DNA of 64,000 nucleotides from Lingula anatina. Taxonomy: Eukaryota; Animalia; Brachiopoda. The stretch is from contig CM120640.1 in NCBI GenBank assembly GCA_051362555.1, positions 10,788,001 through 10,852,000 of the forward strand, in the 5' to 3' direction. This document shows positions 1 through 10,665 of this stretch, one piece after another. The first letter of the stretch is position 1, and each line of letters opens with the position of its first letter. The notes below the pieces were generated by a model, which was not told the origin of the DNA, ran no database searches, and saw only the letters and a list, made by a program, of their open reading frames with translations. Made by a program: the position numbers and the translations under genes.

Positions 1-1479
1 CACGCCTTGATAATGCCAAAATGTAAACAAGACAGCACTGTTCTGAAATGGGTTTATTTCCATTTTTAACACTTTTTTAACATAAAACAAAATAAACATT
101 TTACTGCCATTTTTATATGTCCAACTAAGAAAATTGATGAGATGGGAAAAGTATCAATAGAACAGTGTTAAATGTCCAATTTCCTCCATTCTGAGATTCT
201 GAACATAGTGGATGATTGAATATGACAAACTGCAATGATATGAGTTTATTTCCATTTTTGACACTTTATTACACAATACATGATAACAAGTTTACCATGT
301 TTTTTACATAATCAACTAACAATGTTGTAAAGATGCAGGAAATATCAAACAAACACTTTTAGGCATCTTATTAGTTAAATAATGAGACTGTTAACATGCC
401 TAATAATTGAATCTGAGGAAATGTGAAAAAACAGCATAACTTCTAAAATAAAGGCCCGATTATGCTGATTTTCGAACTCAACCTGCATTTTAGTTAGTTT
501 GACTACTCCTGTGAGTATAATGACAATTGGCCTATCTGTTTTTCTTATATTGTGTTATCAGTGTTGCATATATGTTGAAAAAAGTGAAAAAACAGCCTAA
601 ATTCACTAAAAATGACCCAATCACGCTGATTTTCGAACTTGACCTGCGGATTATAAATATTCATCAGTTTTGTAAGTTTCAAGCCAAAAAGTAAAATGGT
701 TTTCCACTTATCGTGTTATCGGTGCTGCATATATGCTGAAAAAAGTGAAAAAAACAGCATAAATTCCCTAAAAGTGACCCGATCATGCTGATTTTCGAAC
801 TTGACCTGCGTATTATGAATATTCATCAGTTCTGTAAGTTTCAAGTCAAAAGGTAAAATGGTTTTCCACTTATCGTGTTATCGGTGCTGCATATATGCTG
901 AAAAAAGTGAAAAAACAGCATAAATTCCCTAAAAGTGACCCGATCATGCTGATTTTTGAACTTGAACTGCGTATTATGAATATTCATCAGTTCTGTAAGT
1001 TTCAAGTCAAAAGGTAAAATGGTTTTCCACTTATCGTGTTATCGGTGCTGCATACATGCTGAAAAAAGTGAAAAAACAGCATAAATTCCCTAAAAGTGAC
1101 CCGATCATGCTACTTTTCGAACTTGACCTGTGTATTATGAATATTAATCAGTTCTGTAAGTTTCAAGTCAAAAGGTAAAATGGTTTTCCACTTATCGTGT
1201 TATCGGTGCTGCATATATGCTGAAAAAAGTGAAAAAACAGCATAAATTCCCTAAAAGTGACCCGATCATGCTGATTTTCGAACTTGACCTGCGTATTATG
1301 AATATTCATCAGTTCTGCAAGTTTCAAGTCAAAAGATAAAATGGTTTTCCACTTATCGTGTTATCGGTAAAAGTGCACGGCGACGGCGACGACGGCGACG
1401 ACAGCGACGACGGCGACGGCGACGACAGACGCAGATGATGGCTATATGTACAGACACATCTGTGTCTGTACATAAAAAA
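1..1479 (+). mobile_element. Helentron/HINE-like non-autonomous element (family H1), 5' end cut by the window edge, in a PIGS intron
   Basis: Near-identical to about 27230-28201. Contains a 161-bp tandem array, then a (GAC/GGC)n microsatellite (about 1378-1430), a 14-bp-arm hairpin TATGTACAGACACA-TC-TGTGTCTGTACATA (1445-1474) and an A-tract. Confidence 0.8.
420..1367 (+). repeat. 161-bp tandem (satellite-like) array inside the H1 element, about 6 units
   Basis: The anchor TCGTGTTATCGGT recurs at 711, 873, 1034, 1195 and 1356 (spacing 161-162 bp). The units upstream of 711 are more diverged. Confidence 0.92.
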
Positions 1480-1708
1480 GACAGAGGATCTTTTTAATTG
1501 TTTTCAACAAATAACATATCATGCCAAATTAAAGATGGCAGATATTAATTATTCCACCCATCACTTACTCCTGATCTTTAAAACTTTTGGATGAGTGTTT
1601 ATTTGAGGTGGGGTGCATTCAAATTCCTACTTCCTGAATCAATGTTAAAACCAATGAGAATACAGATGTATTAGCATAGTCATAAAGATTAAATAAAGGG
1701 GGAATTAC

Positions 1709-4700
1709 CTCAAGGTGTTGTGCCCCTGATGCAGACTCAAAAGTCTTCACTAGTGCTGCCACATTTACAAACTTATCTCTTATAATGGGCTTTAAAATAG
1801 GTACAAGTCTGTTTAAATCTGATAACAGAAAAATAAATCACATTATGACCAAATTATATGGATATCCATAGTCCATGCCTGGTTGCCAAGTCTACTGAAC
1901 CTTTCATGTCAATTTAAACATATGCTAGATTTGCCTTGAAGCAATTAAAAAAAATTAATTAAAATTGACAAAATGAAAATAATCTAATTAAACATTATTC
2001 AATAGGCAATTATCTACACAAACATTGTCCATGTTATAATCAACAATCCAACCAAAATCCATCATGATATGGTGGCATGATTTCTTACCCTCCAAAGCAG
2101 GTGACTTCATATGTAAATATACATTCCTCCTCCTTCCGATGTAAATGTCACTTGTTCCAGGAAACAGTTTGTCATTGGCTGGGATAATGTAAAATGAATA
2201 TTTTCCATGTTCCTCCAAAACCTTTTCTCTGTCAATCTCCCTGTCCAGGTCTAAAGGAAATAAAGCCCAGCAATGAGATTAAGGAATCAAACATTTTTGT
2301 AATAAATAATTGCAGCACTTGTAATATTTATTTTATTCAAATCATTGCTATTGATGAATGTAAACTCCATCTGTAGACGAATGTCACCCTTTGAACAGCT
2401 CGTACCTTCTAGATTTAGAGATCTTTTCAGAATCATTTGCTCATCTTCATACGCATCTCTGAGGTTTCCTCTAAACTTGATCTTCAATCCACTGGACCCA
2501 CTAGTACCTACCCAAATGAATGAAATGTAAAAATCTGAGGACAGTTTCAAGAAAGATTTAAAAAGTTTCCGACAATAGGTTGGTCTCATCCATTTTGTCC
2601 GAAATTTGGTCTGCTTCATAACCTGATAAATGTACTTTTCTACAACTGTCTGTCTCATTATAAATTCAGGCACACCATTTCATCTAATTGAACAAAATAG
2701 GTTAATAATTTTGGACTTGTGAAAAAGGCCCCAGACTGTTTGCTTAACAAATATCTCACTGGAAAAATGTTATTCTTCAAAGGGAATCTTCACACACTTC
2801 TAAATCCTCCACAATCATGTTTATATCCTGCAAAGCTTCTTATATTTTGTGACTCAGACCATAAAGGGCAACTCCATGGGATTCACCCTGCAAATGGATT
2901 GTCCAGGGGAAATTTAAGCAATCTGCTGGTACTCATGAATCATTTATCTGTACCTCTCTGCACTTGGATTCGACCTTTAATTAATTATGCAAAGGTTGAT
3001 TTAGTTTAAAATGACTTGCCATCTTCCTAAGCTCAGATGGAAGTATCAACACCAAGTACACCCCAGAAAAATATATTTAAGGGGTTTAATCAGTTTTAAG
3101 GTGTATGTATCTGTGGATAACTAAAATAAACTTTGGAGGATTTTCAAACCCATGAACTAACCTTTGAAGACAATAAAAACCCTTTCAATAAAAGTTCTTA
3201 TTTTCTCAGCCCATTCAGGTAGCCATGATATTATCACAGAATGGTTTTTATGAAAAAACTCCTGGTAATTTGAGTCTCTCTCAAATTAAAGTTAGTATTC
3301 ACTAGCTATTCTCTTACTGACAGTAATGCTAATTGACAACTATACAGCTGAGTGGTGTTCCCAAAGTCAAAAGCTTGTCTTTTGTTAATTTCATTAAATA
3401 CAATATTTCATAATTTACATCATTAAACTAACTTCCAAAACAAAAACAAATACACCTAAATACTCACTTCATCTTTCTTTGGCAATACAATTTCTCCAAA
3501 CATTTTCATTACCTTTCTGATTCAACCAAAACAGTTTCATTATCTTTATCATTTAGCATTAAAACATACATCTGCCCACTTGCATCATTTCTTTAATGAA
3601 AACAGTGAAATACACACTTTACGTTATAAAAGGTCACTTTGTGCCTCAGCATTACTGAAGTACATTTTACACTATTACAGGTGATTAATCATTACTGGTG
3701 CATACAAGTTACTTAATTACAATACCTTGCAGCATCTGTATTACATATGAAACAGAGCAGTAATACAAAACACAGCACCATTTTTTAGTGTTGTGAAGTG
3801 AAAACTAGGCAATGCTCAGTGAGGTTCAGAGAAGGCAGATATATGTTGTTCTAAATGACTGGCCAGCTGTTAAGAACTACCAGTAAATTATTACATTAAA
3901 AATGGAATAAGACATCAAATCCAAGTGCAGGAAAGCTCAAACTCAAACAATGATTCGTGAGTCAGAGAAAATTGCCCTTTACCCAAATTCATTCTAGTAG
4001 ATAAATCCTGTGAAGAGCACCTTTAAACCTAACAATTCTTTAATGTGTACTCTTGTAGGTTTCAAAAAGTATGTGAAGCTTCATATTTTTCCATTCAATA
4101 CTTAATTTCTAAACACAATTTACATATACATAAACTGTTACACAGTTTTTAAATGATAACTAAAATTGGTCACTTTACCTTCAAGTGCCTCCTTCAGATT
4201 TTCTCCAAATAATGACAAGTCTTTTTTGTCTATTCTCTCATCAAATATTACAATGGTCACATCAACTGAACATATTGTCTGGAAAATTATGAAATTTCAT
4301 AGATCAGTATATAAATCTATAGTTTTCATACAAATACTTTCATGCATATCAAGAAAAGTATAAATATCCTTTAAAGTTATAAAAATTTAAATAACACTCA
4401 TCAACTGTATCCTAAACATGTTGTTTAAATCTAAAAAAATCCTGTAAGAGAATATTTAAGCCCGAACATTTTTAGTTTCTGAGTAAATATGAATATTTTC
4501 TGTCAAAATTTATTGAAAATTCTTATATCTAGCATCAACATACTTTGAGACATTTAAATACAATTTTCTTTCAATATATAGGCACCTGACCTGTTCAAGA
4601 TTCTAACATTTTATTCCAGAAAAAAATTGAAATTTTGGTAAATTTCATATAATAAATAATAATGAAAATCTATTATAAATTTGTTATTGATGTACAACTT

Positions 4701-5041
4701 GTGATCACCAATGAATAAGTTAAAGATGCACAAATCTATAAAACATATAAGGTACTTCTTTGGCTGCAAGTTCTGCAATGTGGCTGTAGGGCAGTGACAC
4801 TCTGTAGGTTTCTGTCGTCTTCCACCACAAGGGAACACCTATCACTATACAAACAAATGCCACTCCTAATGCAGAATAAACCTGGGTAGATTTATCTGAA
4901 ATCGAAAAGTGTGTAAAATGAAACATGAGGTACATGTATATCAAAGACAAAATGCTGGAAATATCCAACAAACCTGACACAATATTTTTTTAAAGTACAA
5001 GACATACCATATCTTGGTGAGCTTTTCTTCGTCTCGACCAT
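1709..5041 (-). CDS. PIGS: GPI transamidase component PIG-S, 5' part; the gene continues past the left window edge
   Basis: GT-AG exons with consistent phases: 5008-5041 ([11 protein letters not shown]), 4756-4895 ([37 protein letters not shown]), 4179-4278, 2406-2507, 2089-2250, 1709-1818. The motif G(V/L)[15 protein letters not shown] after a transmembrane helix is the PIG-S hallmark. Confidence 0.93.
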
Positions 5042-5404
5042 CGCAGCGGCTCCCAATGGTCAATTATAGACAGTGTGCCTGAAAAACACATCAGGTGATC
5101 TTTAAAAGCGTTTGGGTAATATAAAATTACAATTTAATCACATAAACTCTTCACAACTTGAACTAAACAACATACTGAAATCACCCAATGATCAGACTCA
5201 CAAATCCCACGCGCACTTTAGGCAATATTCCTTTATCACTGAATTTTTAGTTTAACAATAATGTGCTTTTCTTCATTCATTTTAAATAATTAACTCACTA
5301 TTTGCCGCTAACAATCACTTCGCAAATCGGCATACCCAATCGACATCAGTGTCAGAATGGGAAAATATAGCCATCGATTAAATAAGCAGATCGTCTTGCA
5401 CTAA

Positions 5405-5597
5405 TACCCCATTCTCATACCTAGATATATCTAGTAGGATCGACCCATATTCTCGCTAAATTGCGTTCAGACTAAGCGGCTTAGATGTCTGGCACGCCTG
5501 CAGAAGCTGCTAAACGATAGTCAATTACCCCCTAGCAGCTTCAGTAGGCGTGTCAGACATCAGAGCCGCCGTCCAGGGATATTTATGAGAGTCCCAA
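5405..5597. mobile_element. Diverged relative of MITE family M1 with a strong internal hairpin, in the PIGS/TMEM35 divergent promoter
   Basis: Shares CGCTAAATTGC, TAG(T/C)AATTACCCCCT and AGTAGGCG.G.CAGAC blocks with the 7496, 7793 and 39443 copies. Ends ATTCTCATA / TATGAGAGT with TAA/TTA flanks. Inverted arms of 37 bp at 5476-5512 and 5533-5569. Confidence 0.6.
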
Positions 5598-5893
5598 TTA
5601 AAGATAGACCCAGCACGGGTGCAGACATGCTACGGTTATGGTATAAAAAAGGATACCCAAATTGCACGCAGATTGTCTTGTCTCGTTTTGCGTCGTGCAG
5701 TGCCGCCAACCCCCTTTACGCTAGCTCGGATGAACGCCTCTCTTATGCAATTATACCCAGGCCATGCATTTGTCAATCTTTTACTCCATACAATACAGCT
5801 TTATCGCCAGATGTGAAAGGCCTCCACGCTAGTGTAGTGTAATGACCTACTCATATAGTACATGAATAGGAGGCCTGCAGCTAACGGGTTAAG

Positions 5894-7108
5894 ATGGCTA
5901 CGTTTGTAGAGATTTTTACTGGTTTTACTGGCATTTTATTCAGTGCTTCTGGACTCGTGAAGACAACGGCAGTTAAGAGCGAACTAACAGCTGATATGGT
6001 AACTTTCGTTTTATCTTAAAAGCTACTCCAACGGACATTTCATTATATAATTGGGTTATTTATTTGAGAAATGATTTGATATGTTATATTGCACCCGCCA
6101 CTGAGCTTGAATTCATATGAAAACCTTGAATATGAAAAAGGTCGATTACAGTAGCTATACATGGTGTGTGATTGGGTGTAGGAGCGCTGCAAGTTGCAAG
6201 TTAAATATTTAATAATAGCTCCTTGCATATATATATAATTTCAGATGGGTGTTTATTGTTTCTTTCCATGATCTTTTAAACACAAGACAATATTCCAGGC
6301 AAAATACGTCAGCGATACCTGAAAGACAGACCGGATCACCTGAATTTAATGTTGTTTTTTTTTCACTTTCATACCAAGTTAGATATAGCGACCTACTCAT
6401 TAGTGTATAGTTTTGATGGATGCCCTGCCAATCCTCTTTGGTCAGAGCCCCATACTATCCACAGAACAGAATTTGTATATTTTTATTGATTTCAAATTTA
6501 TAAAAGTTAATGATAAGATACTCTGACAAATCGCATGGCTGTTACACATGGTCCAACACAGCAGCTCAACTTCAGATTGCATTTTGAATGAATGAATGAA
6601 TGGATGGATGAATGAATGAATGCTGTAATGATTTATCTTTTATAATTAAGGTGCAATTACTTAGAACCAAAATTGTGACATTACTAAACATAAAGAATGC
6701 ATAATAGTAATGTAATAATTTAACAATACTAATGAACTGAAAAAAGAAAAAAAGTGAAGAAACTTTATGCATGTTAACAAGCAAGAAATTCATTAAAATT
6801 TTCCTAAATTTCAGGAGAAGATGTTCCAAGCATATGCAAGGGTGTTTCCATTAGCTCCTTTGGGGTATGTCCCTGATGCAGATTTCTACAGAACCATGGT
6901 GGGAAACATAGAAATTGTCCTTGGTGTTTTATTGATTCTTGGGAACAGGCGAGCCCAGAAATTTAGTGCACTCGGTCTTCTATTCATGATGGCAGGAGCA
7001 ACATACACAAACCTGAAGTTAGGATTGTACTCAATGGCTGGCATGTCTTCGGCCTTTGCGATATCAATGATGTGGATCTACCATCAAATGAATAAGGATG
7101 GAAAATAA
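5894..7108 (+). CDS. TMEM35: TMEM35/NACHO-like (DoxX-like) multi-pass membrane protein, about 132 aa
   Basis: Exons 5894-5998 (MATFVEIFTGFTGILFSASGLVKTT...ADM|gt) and 6815-7108 (EKMFQAYARVFPLAPLGYVPDADFYRTMVGNIEIVLGVLL...). The pattern G..K...M...F..Y.R.FP...R..(I/V)G..E...G resembles NACHO/TMEM35. Confidence 0.75.
6585..6621. repeat. (GAAT/GGAT)n microsatellite
   Basis: tgaatgaatgaatgaatggatggatgaatgaatgaat. Confidence 0.9.
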
Positions 7109-7495
7109 AAAGAGTGGTGTGAAGAAGCTAGGCCATTGTATGTCATTGTGTCCGACTTCTTTACTACTGGTATAATCAAGACAACATGTTAAATACAACA
7201 CTCTTTTTCAAATACATTTTCAATGTATGGACAAAAGAAACTGTCCTAGTTATCAACAATCACTGTAATATACGGGTAGAGAGTCACAAACAATTTTGTG
7301 TTGTCCTGGATATTTTTTAGTACCCTCTACCAGGGTCGCAGTTATTATTGTGGACATTTCTTGCTGATGGACCCTGTTAAGTTTGACCATGAGGAAACAA
7401 TTTATCTCTGCGCGCGCGCCAAAGGCTTTGTACTCACTCTGCATGAACCGAGCTTCACAACAATGTGATAACTGCTCGTTACACAACCAGTCTAA

Positions 7496-7710
7496 GACCC
7501 CATTCCCAGAGATTAAATCGATCCAACTGGATTGACCTAACTCCCTTGGGGTTCACGCTAAAAGGGCTGTCAGCCGAGTGGGCAAGAAAGTTAATTACCC
7601 CCTTACAGCTTGTAGTAGGCGGGACGGACATTTAAGCCGGATTATCTGACAGTAATCTAGTGAGACTCCCCACGGGGATAGATCGATCTTAAATCTATGG
7701 GAATACGCCC
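7496..7710. mobile_element. PIF/Harbinger-like MITE, family M1 copy 1
   Basis: Imperfect TIRs CATTCCCAGAGATT...AATCTATGGGAAT. TAA direct repeat at 7493-7495 and 7711-7713. Homologous to 7793-8018 and 39443-39667. Confidence 0.8.
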
Positions 7711-7792
7711 TAAGGCCTTTTTATTTGTCACAGAAGAGCAAGCGATTAAAGTCAGAGCAATTAACTGTCTTGATTGCTGTCAAGCAGACTAA

Positions 7793-8018
7793 GGGTGCTT
7801 TCCCAGAGATTTAGATCGATCTAAAGATTAAGTTTTAGATCAACCTAACTCCCTGAGGGTTCAGGCTAAATTGCAGTCAGCCGAGCGGACACCATAGTTA
7901 ATTACCCCCTGACAGCTTTTAGTAGGCGGGACAGACGCTTAAGCGGGCCAAGCTGACAGTAATCTAGTGAGACTCCCCACAGGGATAGATCGATCTAAAA
8001 ATCTATGGAAATGGGGTG
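7793..8018. mobile_element. PIF/Harbinger-like MITE, family M1 copy 2
   Basis: TIRs TTCCCAGAGATTTAGATCGATCTA / TAGATCGATCTAAAAATCTATGGAA with TAA/TTA flanks. Internal sequence nearly identical to 39443-39667. Confidence 0.8.
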
Positions 8019-8101
8019 TTAGAATGGACCTGCCAAGTGGCAGTGCCTGAGCAGTTATGCAAACAATTACCAGCCATGTAATCAGCCTTGAGATTTATGA
8101 A

Positions 8102-8185
8102 CAGGGTGACATCAGACCAAAATGACTGTCTATTTATCTATAGACATATCTGTGAATATCTGTGAAAAATCAATATGTCACCCTG
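8102..8185. repeat. Short inverted repeat, possibly a mini-MITE
   Basis: CAGGGTGACAT ... ATGTCACCCTG (11-bp perfect inverted repeat). Confidence 0.4.
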
Positions 8186-8831
8186 GTAGAGGGTAATTTT
8201 TTAGCATGCTTTGCTTTTTCAAAATTAAGAAAATGGCAAAAATCAAAAATCTTTAACATGTATTTTACAATTTTACTACGGTCAATTCAGCTGCATATTT
8301 TTTAAAGTAAAGAGGCATCAAAGATCAATACATCATATTTGCCACTATATCACTATATATTAAACACTTAAATATGTAATATAAAAGCATGGTTTCAAGT
8401 TTTTTTTCTAATCCACTAATCCAACAGATTTCTTTTAAAGGAATATGTACGTGAAACAAATTATACCAAGTATGTATGCAACTTCTTGATTTTATTAAGC
8501 ATAACATGTTGATGTAACCGGTGTAGACACTGCTGCATGGAAGAATGAGGTGATAAATGAGAAAAGAGCCAGTCCTATATTTTTTATGAACCCTGATGTA
8601 TATACGCATTGAAATCATGCAAATAAACACATTCTACATAAAATGATTGTAGTTTAAGTTGTTTGACTCTTCAATACATTGCTAGGCTACTGTCAGAAAA
8701 ACAGAGGGGTTATGTGTGACGTTCACCAACTGTATTTCTCTTCTTGCAAGAGGCGGGCTGAAGGGAACCGTTTTTATTGTAGATGACGTTAAGCATAAAA
8801 TGACTGAGTCCTTTATTGACGTATAGATAAC

Positions 8832-10665
8832 TACGGAGCTTTGTTAGTATCATATTAACTTTTTTCTATTTTCATTTAAGTTTTATTTTACCACGGTGAA
8901 AATAATTTACAACGCGGTGGGAATTAATTTTCACCACGGTGGAAAATAATTTTCACCGCGGTGGTAATTCCTGGCCATCTCGGCCCGGGTGATGAATAGG
9001 TAATGAGAACCTTACATTTGCCAGATTCCGTCACGGTGCATGCTATTGTTACATACACACAAGGTTGGTGGATCTGTTCGTGGGGCCACTGCTGTGAACT
9101 TAAGTTTCCCATCTATATTTACCACCTATATAATTAAAGTCCCGCTTGCAGTTTTATGCAAAGGGAATCCCATATTGTTATTACTAAATACTTAATGTTA
9201 TTTTTGGACAATGTATTTTTAAATATTTTTGTGATGTGTTTGCCCATACATCTTATCTTAAAAGATGTAATCTCGGTTTCTCGGAAAGGTTTCTTTCTAC
9301 CAATATTCCCAATAATACGCAAATTATTATTTAGGGAAAAGCCACGTACAACATTGCAGCATTTCGGTGATTTTTAATCTATGCGAATACTGCCCGCTTC
9401 CTCCACATTCCTGGGATGATTGGCACATAGACTGGTTAAACCGTGTGCATGTGCATGTGAGTGTCTTTATCAACTTCCTTCCCAGACATCTGGTAAATTT
9501 TGGATTCGTATAATACGGAGCTTTGTTAGTATCATATTAACTTTTTTTATTTTCATTTAAGTTTTATGTTATGGAATTTTCACCGTGGTGAAAATTATTT
9601 CTACCGCGGTGAAAAATAATTTACACCGCGGTGGGAATTAATTTTCACCGCGGTGGAAAATAATTTTCACCGCGGTGGTAATTCCTGGCCATCTCGGCCC
9701 GGGTAATGCATACATGTAGGTTATATGAATCCAACATTTACCAGATGTCTGGATAGGACGTTGATAAAGACAAGCACATGCACATGCACGCGGTTTAACC
9801 GGTCTATGTGCCTATCATCCCAGGAATCTGGAGGAAGCGGGCAGTATTCAAATAGATTAAAAATCACCGAAATGCTGCAATGTTGTACGTGGCTTTTCCC
9901 TAAATAATAATTTGCGTATTATTGGGAATATTGGTAGAAAGAAACCTTTCCGAGAAACCGAGATTATATCTATTAAGATAAGATGTATGGGCAAACACAT
10001 CACAAAAATATTTAAAAATACATTGTCCAAAAATAACGTTAAGTATTTAGTAATAACAATGGGATACCCTTTGCATAAAACTGCAAGCGGGACTTTAATT
10101 ATGGAGGTGGTAAATATAGATGGGAAACTGAAGTTCACGGCAGTGGCCCCACGAACAGATCCACCAACCTTGTGTGTATGTAACAATAGCATGCACCGTG
10201 ACGGAATCTGGCAAATGTAAGGTTCTCATTACCTATTCATCACCCGGGCCGAGATGGCCAGGAATTACCACCGCGGTGAAAATTAATTCCCACCGAGGTG
10301 TAAATTATTTTCACCGTGGTGAAAATTATTTTCACCGCGATAGAAATAATTTTCACCGCAGTGAAAATTCCATAAAATAAAACTTAAATGAAAATAGAAA
10401 AAAGTTAATATGATACTAACAAGGCTCCGTAGTATAACCAACATGTATGCATCACCCGGGCTGAGATGGCCAGGAATTACCACCGCGGTGAAAATTATTT
10501 TCCACCGCGGTGAAAATTAATTCCCACCGCGGTGTAAATTTATTTTCACTGCGGTGAAAATAATTTTCACCGCGGTAGAAATAATTTTCACCGCAGTGAA
10601 AATTCCATATAATAAAACTTAAATGAAAATAAAAAAAGTTAATATGATACTAACAAAGCTCCGTA
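8832..10665 (+). mobile_element. Non-autonomous IS3EU-like DNA transposon (outer copy, about 910 bp without the insert)
   Basis: Termini TACGGAGCTTTGTTAG...CTAACAAAGCTCCGTA. TIRs of roughly 160-210 bp contain repeated TTTTCACCGCGGTG palindromic motifs. 6-bp TSD GATAAC at 8826-8831 and 10666-10671. TAY..RTA termini with a 6-bp TSD match my recollection of the IS3EU superfamily. Confidence 0.8.
9514..10431 (-). mobile_element. Second copy of the same IS3EU-like element, nested in inverted orientation (918 bp)
   Basis: Has its own TACGGAG...CTCCGTA termini and its own 6-bp TSD GTATAA (9508-9513 and 10432-10437). The internal region 9721-10240 is the reverse complement of about 8990-9513. Confidence 0.85.

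Noticed and set aside
420-1367. Regular repeats as a CRISPR array
   Set aside because: These are contiguous 161-bp tandem units with no unique spacers and no cas genes, in a eukaryotic intron.
2287-2673. 128-aa minus-strand ORF as a separate gene
   Set aside because: Only 2406-2507 is explained, as a PIGS exon with proper splice sites and phase. The rest is intronic read-through.
3468-3736. Possible extra PIGS micro-exons (about 3726-3735 and about 3513-3590)
   Set aside because: Splice-like signals exist, but together they do not restore phase 1 into exon 2406-2507, and the model is complete without them.
8924-10483. Mirror-image ORF pairs (e.g. 9134-9322 - and 9912-10220 +)
   Set aside because: They are artefacts of the inverted nested transposon. 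Their stops differ between copies and they show no transposase motifs.
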